From contig CAVWKG010000016.1 in the NCBI GenBank assembly GCA_963755375.1, positions 2,617,772-2,681,771 on the forward strand: a stretch of 64,000 nt of DNA, read 5' to 3'. This DNA comes from an uncultured Acidimicrobiaceae bacterium. GTDB taxonomy: Bacteria; Actinomycetota; Acidimicrobiia; Acidimicrobiales; RAAP-2. Of this stretch, positions 37,383-43,620 are shown in pieces. Each line of letters opens with the position of its first letter. Position 1 is the stretch's first letter. A model generated the notes under the pieces. The model was not told the origin of the DNA. It made no database searches and worked only from the letters and a program-made list of their open reading frames with translations. Position numbers and translations under genes: made by a program.

Positions 37383-37941
37383 TATTCAGCAACCCGAGAC
37401 ATGGGGGCGGCAGTGGCCAGTGACCTGATCCGCCGCAGGCAATCTTTGTCGATCACTTGCTGGCCGTCGGCCAGACCGATAAAGAACCCTCTGCCACAGC
37501 GCCGGCGTGTGATTCCCTCGGCGTCAGTGTTCGAACGACAGTCGTGACATGGCCAGGTCTATGCCCACGTTGCAGACGCCATAATCGGGGAAACCGGAGG
37601 CAAACCAATCACCGCCGCCTATTGCAGACGTCGCACCTCCGCTGACCCTTGAGCGCTCGTCGACAATAAACAGCCCCGTCACGTGTCAGACACGCCCACA
37701 CCACAGATTCCCGCAGAGCATGGATTCCCATGTTCTCCATAAGCAAACGGACCTCGAACATGGTGGACCACTCCGCGAAACGCTCCAGGACGCTTCCCTC
37801 TCAGCGAAAGACGGTCGTTATGGTCGCCTCTGGGGTCATGTCGGGTATGGAGTACCAGCTTTAACCTCCCGTCGCCGCTTCGCGGGCCTGGACTTCAGTT
37901 GTCGCGTTTGTCGCGAGGATCTATCGAACGATCATCGAACG

Positions 37942-38532
37942 ATGCAAGCGGGTAAGCTTCCATTCATGCCAAATAGACTCGATCATGCCGCTGAAGTGGT
38001 CGGAGAGGCAGTGGGAACTGCGGGGGCGGCAACCGCAGCCGCTGGAAAGAGAGTGCAGCAGGGACTGAGTGAGGCAGCCATTGCAGTTGCCGCCTCAGAT
38101 ACGGCGCACCGAATCGAAAAACGCTTAGGCCCGACTCGAAAGGCAATCGCGAAGAAGGCGACACGGGCCAAAAAGACCGCCAAGAAGCGGGCGGCCTCGG
38201 TGACGCGGAAGGCCGGTGGGGCCAAAAAGACCGCCAAGAAGCGGGCGGCCTCGGTGACGCGGAAGGCCGGTGGGGCCAAAAAGACCGCCAAGAAGCGGGC
38301 GGCCTCGGTGACGCGGAAGGCCGGTGGGGCCAAAAAGACCGCCAAGAAGCGGGCGGCCTCGGTGACGCGGAAGGCCGGTGGGGCCAAAAAGACCGCCAAG
38401 AAGCGGGCGGCCTCGGTGACGCGGAAGGCCGGTGGGGCCAAAAAGACCGCCAAGAAGCGGGCGGCCTCGGTGACGCGGAAGGCCGGTGGGGCCAAAAAGA
38501 CCGCCAAGAAGCGGCCGGCGAACCAACGATAA
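37942..38532 (+). CDS. Basic repeat protein: short N-terminal Ala-rich region followed by 6.4 copies of AKKTAKKRAASVTRKAGG
   Basis: The ORF is open from 37720; plausible starts are ATG 37942 or 37966. The C-terminal two thirds is the perfect 54-bp repeat, and the frame is maintained through it. Confidence 0.6.
   Translation: MQAGKLPFMPNRLDHAAEVVGEAVGTAGAATAAAGKRVQQGLSEAAIAVAASDTAHRIEKRLGPTRKAIAKKATRAKKTAKKRAASVTRKAGGAKKTAKKRAASVTRKAGGAKKTAKKRAASVTRKAGGAKKTAKKRAASVTRKAGGAKKTAKKRAASVTRKAGGAKKTAKKRAASVTRKAGGAKKTAKKRPANQR
38167..38514. repeat. Perfect tandem repeat, 54-bp unit x 6 full copies plus a 24-bp partial seventh
   Basis: Checked base by base. The unit is gccaaaaagaccgccaagaagcgggcggcctcggtgacgcggaaggccggtggg, with copies starting at 38167, 38221, 38275, 38329, 38383 and 38437. 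The partial copy spans 38491-38514. There are no mismatches. Confidence 0.97.
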
Positions 38533-38577
38533 TCCAACCTCGGTTGGCACATACTGACAGTGCTGCCGGACGGCTAA

Positions 38578-38689
38578 TTCGATCAGCTCTGCGTCGCCCT
38601 ACCCGTTCGATCAGCTCTGCGTCGCCCTACCCGTTCGATCAGCTCTGCGTCGCCCTACCCGTTCGATCAGCTCTGCGTGGCCCTACCCG
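38578..38689. repeat. Tandem repeat, 28-bp unit x 4 (ttcgatcagctctgcgtcgccctacccg), head to tail with no spacers
   Basis: Copies lie at 38578, 38606, 38634 and 38662. The first three are identical and the fourth has one substitution (c>g). Copy 4 encodes the last 7 codons plus the stop of the DUF4235 gene. Confidence 0.95.
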
Positions 38690-38972
38690 CTTCGAGCCCA
38701 GGTTCGGGAGGCGGTTCGTGCGTCGTCGCTTCCCAGACTCGGGCAGCCGTACGAATCGCCACAAGCCTTGACACTCCCACCCCGACGCCTGTAGCGATCG
38801 CCCAACTGAGAGAGTCGGTCCAAGAGGAGCGACGGTCGGCGGGTAGTGGTGGGGGAGTCGCCCCACGCAGGGCTTTCCACGCTGTCGCAAGAACTCGCCG
38901 GGTGAGTAGACCAGCCAGAGCTCCGGATCCAAGCGCGATAGCTCTCCAGCCATATCTCTCGAATACCGTCAC
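38667..38972 (-). CDS. DUF4235 domain-containing protein
   Basis: GSGALAGLLTRRVLATAWKALRG...ADRRSSWTDSLSWAIATGVGVGVSRLVAIRTAARVW fits the DUF4235 pattern. GTG start at 38972. Confidence 0.65.
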   Translation of the reverse strand: MTVFERYGWRAIALGSGALAGLLTRRVLATAWKALRGATPPPLPADRRSSWTDSLSWAIATGVGVGVSRLVAIRTAARVWEATTHEPPPEPGLEAGRATQS

Positions 38973-39170
38973 AGCCTTACCCTACCCAGCCAGAACTTTC
39001 GCGGAACATGAGTCGATCGTCGTTGTATGCCCTCGCCTCTCACTCCTAGATTCGCTCGCCTCCCCACTTCGGCAATTCCGACCGCATCCGCGCGTGACTC
39101 CCCTCCACGCCGACTCCGATCGGTCCCGCAGGCCGCACGCGTCGAGGATGAGAACGGAGCGTTGAACGGC

Positions 39171-39545
39171 TCAATGAGTGTATGAGTTTCCCCATGGCGC
39201 ATATTCCACAGCGGAACGCCGCGACCACTCCGGGTCCCACTCTTCGACCCACATATCGAGGCCCGTGATCTCAAACACTCGCCGGACCATGGGCGTGGGA
39301 CGACTAACGACAAGGGTCCCCCCGTCCTTCATGGCCCTTCGCCTTGCCGTGTGAATGGCACCGAGCCCCGAGGAGTCCATGAAGGTCACCTGACAGAGGT
39401 CGACGACGACGAGCAAGCCAGGGGGTCCGATCAACTGCTCGGCGAGCCCCCGACAAGTCGATGCGTCAAGCTCTCCCCGCAGCGCGAAGATGCGACCGCC
39501 TTCAAAGTCATAAGAAGTCACGTCAAATGGGTCCACCATCATCAC
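39171..39545 (-). CDS. STAS-domain anti-sigma-factor antagonist (RsbV/SpoIIAA-like)
   Basis: LRGELDASTCRGLAEQL...VVVDLCQVTFMDSSGLGAI carries the conserved phosphorylatable DSSG motif. Confidence 0.8.
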   Translation of the reverse strand: MMMVDPFDVTSYDFEGGRIFALRGELDASTCRGLAEQLIGPPGLLVVVDLCQVTFMDSSGLGAIHTARRRAMKDGGTLVVSRPTPMVRRVFEITGLDMWVEEWDPEWSRRSAVEYAPWGNSYTH

Positions 39546-39753
39546 GTACCTCCCTCTGCCCTTGACCGCTTAAGAGAAGCCCCCACGCCGCCCCGGGTGA
39601 ACTCCCAGGGAACCCCTCTTCTTTGCTGTGTCTGCCCTCGTTCCCTCCCTTTTCGATACTGGGCATAGCCTGGGCGTTTCGTACAATACGGAGGGTGCCG
39701 TTTCGGTCTTCGATCTAACGCGCGCCAGCCTGGTCGAACGAGCCTTCTCGATC

Positions 39754-39773
39754 AATCACCCGATCGGGTGATT
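39754..39773. promoter_or_regulatory. Perfect 20-bp palindrome aatcacccgatcgggtgatt, candidate operator
   Basis: The sequence equals its own reverse complement. Its end lies 34 nt upstream of the GTG start (39808) of the LuxR-type response regulator, in the divergent region shared with the STAS gene. Its existence is certain; a regulatory function is inferred. Confidence 0.5.
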
Positions 39774-39807
39774 TTAAGCCTCTGACCCTCGCTCGTAGAG
39801 TGACGCC

Positions 39808-40458
39808 GTGTCTAACGCGATCCGGGTAGCGCTCGTCAATGACTACATGATCGTCCTCGAGGGCCTCCGTGCTCTCCTAAGGTCCAGCGATCCCGAGATC
39901 GAAGTCGTCGAAATCGACCTTCGCAAGGGACCGAGACGACAGGTGGATGTCACGCTGCTCGACACCTACGGAGAGCTCGAATCCCTCGGGCAAAGGGTGA
40001 AGTCGCTGAGCGCCGATTCCGGGAACGGAGCGATCGTGGTATTCAGCTTCTCCGACCGACCTTCGGCGGTGCATCGTGCCATGCGTGCGGGTGCTCACGG
40101 GTTTATCTCCAAGGCGGTTCCACGGCAACAAATCATCAACGGAATCAAGGCTGCTGCCAAGGGCGACCGAGTCGTTTCAACCCAAAGATCTCACCACGCC
40201 CAGATTGATGAGGCTCTACGCTGGCCCGGACGTGAGATCGGCCTCAGCGAACGAGAAAGCGAACTCTTGTCCTTGCTCTCGACAGGTATGACCAACCGCG
40301 AACTGGGTGACCACCTCTACGTCAGTGAGAACACGATCAAGACTCAGCTTCGGCATCTCTACGCCAAGCTTGGCGTTCGCAGCCGCGCTCAAGCCGCTTT
40401 CCTAGCTGCGCAAGGCATCCTTGGCGATCATCGCCGGCAAACCAAGTCCCTGGATTGA
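39808..40458 (+). CDS. NarL/FixJ (LuxR-type HTH) response regulator; no histidine kinase adjacent
   Basis: Receiver domain (RVALVNDYMIV...VDVTLLDTYG...FISKAV) plus C-terminal LSERESELLSLLSTGMTNRELGDHLYVSENTIKTQLRHLYAKLGV. Confidence 0.85.
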   Translation: MSNAIRVALVNDYMIVLEGLRALLRSSDPEIEVVEIDLRKGPRRQVDVTLLDTYGELESLGQRVKSLSADSGNGAIVVFSFSDRPSAVHRAMRAGAHGFISKAVPRQQIINGIKAAAKGDRVVSTQRSHHAQIDEALRWPGREIGLSERESELLSLLSTGMTNRELGDHLYVSENTIKTQLRHLYAKLGVRSRAQAAFLAAQGILGDHRRQTKSLD

Positions 40459-40821
40459 CCTGCCCGTTACCAGGATCTCGTCGTCCAAGTGATCGCCCGC
40501 ACCCGCTGCGATCTCCTTAAGCTCCAACCAAAGCCTCAACTCGGCCTCGCTTCGAGGCACTCATCCTGCACCTCTGAGTCAACTGTGACTTTCACGTGGC
40601 AGTAGTACCCTCCGCAGCCCAAACAACCGTCAATTGCGACGCCTGTCGTCGGCCCTCGTTGTGCGGCGCGCCCAGCGAAATCCTTGCGGTCCAGATCGTT
40701 GTCGACGACACAGGCGGGCGCCGGGAGGCCGGTGATCGCGCTAAATCCGGCGTTCGACAGCTGCAGGTGGGCGAACATTCACGAATGGCTAGGTTTTCCA
40801 CGGAAGGGGTATAAGCGATCG

Positions 40822-41682
40822 GTGACCATTTCTCGGCGAATTGCCCGACCCCTATTGGCCTCAATTTTCATCGCTGAAGGCTGGGATGCCATCCGAAATC
40901 CCGAGAAGACCGGCAAGACTCTCGAACCTCCCGCCCTGCCCGCCGCGCAGGGGAAACCACTTACTCAAGACGACGCGTTCACATTGGTCAGGTTGAACGG
41001 GATTGTCCAGGTCGGCGGTGGGGTTCTACTGGGCATCGGGAAATTCCCCCGTCTGGCCTCTCTGGCTCTCATGGGGTCAATCGTGCCTACGACCTACGCA
41101 GGACATCGGTTTTGGGAAGAGACAGATGACGAACTAAGAGCCCAGCAGAAGATTCAACTTCTCAAGAATCTGGGACTGCTGGGTGGATTGATCCTTTCTG
41201 CCGTGGACACGGAGGGTGCCCCCTCGATCGGATGGAGGACTCGGCATCGTGTGCACCAAGTGGCCGTCGCACTATCGGAAGAGGGTGCAGGATCAGACGG
41301 CAATGCGCTTCAAACGGCAGCAAGGGCGGTCGATACGAGTCGGAAAGCAGGACGTCGCGCCAAAAGAGCAGCTACGAAGGCGGCTCGTCGAGCCAACGCG
41401 ACTGCCTCTGGCGTGGCCCGACAGGCCACCGAGGTCGCTACTAACGCCACCAAGACCGGAGTCGTCGTTGCTTCACCATACTTGCGTCAAGCGAATATGG
41501 GCGCACTCCACGCGGCCGAAGAAGCGATTGATGTCGCCGGACCCTACATCTCTGCTGGACTTGAACGGTCCGGAGAGTTCCTCGAAGGAACGCTCGATGT
41601 CGCCGCTCCTTTCATTTCTGCCGGACTCGAGCGGGCCGGGGATTTGCTTGCCCGAGTATCCGATCATCCCTCCGTCGACTGA
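40822..41682 (+). CDS. DoxX-family membrane protein with a ~150-aa hydrophilic C-terminal extension
   Basis: DoxX core (ARPLLASIFIAEGWDAIRNP...YAGHRFWE...KNLGLLGGLIL), then a basic Ala/Arg/Lys-rich tail with an internal duplication (GPYISAGLERSGEFL / APFISAGLERAGDLL). Start set to GTG 40822 and is uncertain. Confidence 0.7.
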   Translation: MTISRRIARPLLASIFIAEGWDAIRNPEKTGKTLEPPALPAAQGKPLTQDDAFTLVRLNGIVQVGGGVLLGIGKFPRLASLALMGSIVPTTYAGHRFWEETDDELRAQQKIQLLKNLGLLGGLILSAVDTEGAPSIGWRTRHRVHQVAVALSEEGAGSDGNALQTAARAVDTSRKAGRRAKRAATKAARRANATASGVARQATEVATNATKTGVVVASPYLRQANMGALHAAEEAIDVAGPYISAGLERSGEFLEGTLDVAAPFISAGLERAGDLLARVSDHPSVD

Positions 41683-41769
41683 GGCAGCGTTCCGCCCTTC
41701 CCTCTTTGAAGGGGCTGCTCATGAGAACTCATGACGAGCCGAGCAATGCGTAACTCGATCTCAACTACC

Positions 41770-41796
41770 GGGTTGGATAGGACTTCCAGTGGGTAG
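41770..41796 (+). promoter_or_regulatory. Candidate SigB/SigF-type promoter: GGGTTG-N15-GGGTAG upstream of csbD-like gene
   Basis: The motif was read directly and lies 34 nt upstream of GTG 41831. It resembles the GTTT-N15-17-GGGTA(T) class. By-eye match only. Confidence 0.3.
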
Positions 41797-41830
41797 AGAG
41801 ACAGTTCCAAACTAAAAAGGAGAGCACACT

Positions 41831-42004
41831 GTGTCGACGGTCGATAAAGCCAAGAATAAAGCTCAGGAAGCTAAAGGGCATGTCAAAGAGGCGGCCGGCA
41901 AGGCAACGGATGACCAGTCGCTTGAGGTCGAGGGCAAAGGTGACAAGGTCGCCGGCAACTTGAAGCAGGCCGGAGAAAAGGTTAAGGACGCCTTCAAGAA
42001 GTAG
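41831..42004 (+). CDS. CsbD-family general stress protein (57 aa; too short for the ORF track)
   Basis: Own translation gives VSTVDKAKNKAQEAKGHVKEAAGKATDDQSLEVEGKGDKVAGNLKQAGEKVKDAFKK. AAGGAGAG RBS at 41817-41824. Followed by a strong hairpin. Confidence 0.8.
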   Translation: MSTVDKAKNKAQEAKGHVKEAAGKATDDQSLEVEGKGDKVAGNLKQAGEKVKDAFKK

Positions 42005-42015
42005 CTAATGCTGAT

Positions 42016-42047
42016 CCGACAGCCCTTGCGCAGCCAAGGGCTGTCGG
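42016..42047 (+). terminator. Hairpin (12-bp perfect stem ccgacagccctt / aagggctgtcgg, 8-nt loop) directly after the csbD-like gene
   Basis: Read directly. It starts 12 nt after the stop codon. There is no U-tract, which is common for actinobacterial intrinsic terminators. Confidence 0.55.
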
Positions 42048-42164
42048 CCGGCAATTCGATCTGGCCCCTCACTTTGACTGCGTGATAGAAACCGAACTCC
42101 AAAGTCCTCGGCGAGCCTTCTGCGTCCGTTAGGACAGTCGGCTGGACGATTAAGGATACGTGAA

Positions 42165-42326
42165 ATGTTGCCTACTGGAGCACCGCCGCCATGCCCACAT
42201 TGTGGCGCGCGCCACGTTGACGCGTACACCTTCTATGGCTGTTCCGACAGCTCGTCCATCCATGCGCATCGCCATTGGGCGTGCGCAAAGTGTGAACTTG
42301 AAGTTGTGACCTCCACTGAATCGTGA
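42165..42326 (+). CDS. Possible small zinc-ribbon protein (53 aa; not in the ORF track)
   Basis: Own translation gives MLPTGAPPPCPHCGARHVDAYTFYGCSDSSSIHAHRHWACAKCELEVVTSTES, with CxxC...CxxC pairs. AAGGA lies 6-10 nt upstream of the ATG. Confidence 0.35.
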   Translation: MLPTGAPPPCPHCGARHVDAYTFYGCSDSSSIHAHRHWACAKCELEVVTSTES

Positions 42327-42428
42327 GGATCAGAGTCACGGCCGCGCCACCTACTACGTCATGGCGGTCGGCTTGCAATTACTTCGACGACAATGACCGT
42401 ATCGTAAGGCCGCCAGCTCGAGTCCTTA

Positions 42429-42750
42429 TCACGATGGTGCAACGGCGAATTCGGCCCATACCACCTTCGCATCGGAAACAGATTCGATTCCCCAGGAGCT
42501 CGCTAGGTTGGCCACGAGGCTCAGGCCGCAACCCGCCTAGGCGTTCGGTGACGCATCGCCTACTGTCGACATAGTCGGGTTCCCGTCTCGGATTGAGAGC
42601 CGTCCAAGTTGTTGGGCCAGCAGAACGCGGACCCCGACAGAAATGGCAGGACCAGCGCGGTGCACCTACGTCAATCGCTTGGTGATGGGTGAGCGGTTCC
42701 GCGCCTGCTGGGCGTCCAACTCCGGGTGAGCGCCCAGGGCTGCGCTTCCA
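42429..42750 (-). pseudogene. Remnant of an RsbW-like anti-sigma-factor serine kinase (HATPase_c), interrupted by two in-frame TAG codons
   Basis: Own translation of the minus strand gives ...VHRAGPAISVGVRVLLAQQLGRLSIRDGNPTMSTVGDASPNA*AGCGLSLVANLASSWGIESVSDAKVVWAEFAVAPS*. The G-box and C-terminal WG...VWAEF pattern match anti-sigma kinases. A further TAG sits just upstream. The 5' limit is approximate. Confidence 0.4.
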
Positions 42751-42912
42751 TACGTTCATTGGTTGGACTGGAGGAATTTGATGATCGGGTTAAGTCGGAT
42801 AGCGATGAACAGCGCCATTCCCACAATGGCCAAGACGCTGGCGACGTCCGACATGGCTTGATTCAAGGGAGGGAGGGGTATTGAGAGGTGAGAGCACAAA
42901 GGAGGTAGTGCC

Positions 42913-43458
42913 GTGGACTTCGACCTGTTGGATCTGTACGGGCGCGCAAGCGAATGGACTGGAAGCAAAGTTCGTGGTGCGGTCCTAAAGCTTGATGACC
43001 CAACAACATGCGACGAGTGGGATGTCCGTACGCTCTTAAATCACATGCTCGAGACCCAGATGTATTTTGTGGGGGCCGCGCGGGGCGATGACATCTCTCC
43101 GCCTTCCCAAGCGCCTCCCCAACTGCTGAGCGACGATCCGCCTGCGGACTTCGATCAGGCCCGCGCTGAGACGCTTCGCACCTTCAGCGACTCGGGAGTC
43201 ATTGAGAAGACTGGACCGGCTCTTGGCATCGCATTCAGCGACCAGCTCCTTCACGGATGGGATCTAGCTGTATCCACCGGGCAGAATCATGCGATGCCTG
43301 CGGGACTACCCGAAGCGGCCTATGCGTTCATCCATGGGCGCTTTACCGACGAACAACGTCAAGGCGTGTTCAAACCAGAAGTCACGATCGCGGCTGACTC
43401 GTCTAGTCAGGACAGGTTTCTTGCCTATACCGGTCGTGATCCCTCGCAAGGCGGCTGA
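42913..43458 (+). CDS. TIGR03086-type / mycothiol-maleylpyruvate-isomerase N-terminal (DinB-like) metal-binding protein
   Basis: PTTCDEWDVRTLLNHMLETQMYF...LLHGWDLAVSTGQ...RFLAYTGRDP matches the family pattern. AAAGGAGG RBS precedes GTG 42913. Confidence 0.7.
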   Translation: MDFDLLDLYGRASEWTGSKVRGAVLKLDDPTTCDEWDVRTLLNHMLETQMYFVGAARGDDISPPSQAPPQLLSDDPPADFDQARAETLRTFSDSGVIEKTGPALGIAFSDQLLHGWDLAVSTGQNHAMPAGLPEAAYAFIHGRFTDEQRQGVFKPEVTIAADSSSQDRFLAYTGRDPSQGG

Positions 43459-43620
43459 GATCGAAGTACCGCATAACGGTCCCAGCCCCGGCGCCAAGGA
43501 ACTGGGGCCATGGTCGTCGCCCCTTGATGTTCGGTGCTATCGGCGCCGTCCCCCGAGCGGGAGGGGCGGGCGGGTCGCGGCCCCACACCATTTCGCCGAT
43601 CCGCCAAATGGCGCGGGACG

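Noticed and set aside
38578-38689. Possible CRISPR array, because of the ~28-bp repeat length.
   Set aside because: The units are directly adjacent with no spacers. There are only four copies and no cas genes in the window. It is a plain tandem repeat.
40536-40778. 80-aa Cys-containing ORF (…GVAIDGCLGCGGYYCHVKV…), considered as a possible RiPP precursor or metal-binding peptide.
   Set aside because: There is no recognisable leader/core architecture, no modification enzymes nearby and no clear ribosome-binding site. I cannot support it from sequence alone.
42429-42750. Reading the two in-frame TAG codons of the RsbW-like remnant as programmed recoding (for example pyrrolysine or suppression).
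   Set aside because: There are no pyl genes or recoding signals in the window. The surrounding genes show ordinary decay. A pseudogene is the simpler explanation.
42756-42854. 32-aa hydrophobic mini-ORF (MSDVASVLAIVGMALFIAIRLNPIIKFLQSNQ).
   Set aside because: It has no Shine-Dalgarno-like sequence. It overlaps the candidate promoter region of the divergent DinB-like gene. It could be real, but the evidence is insufficient.
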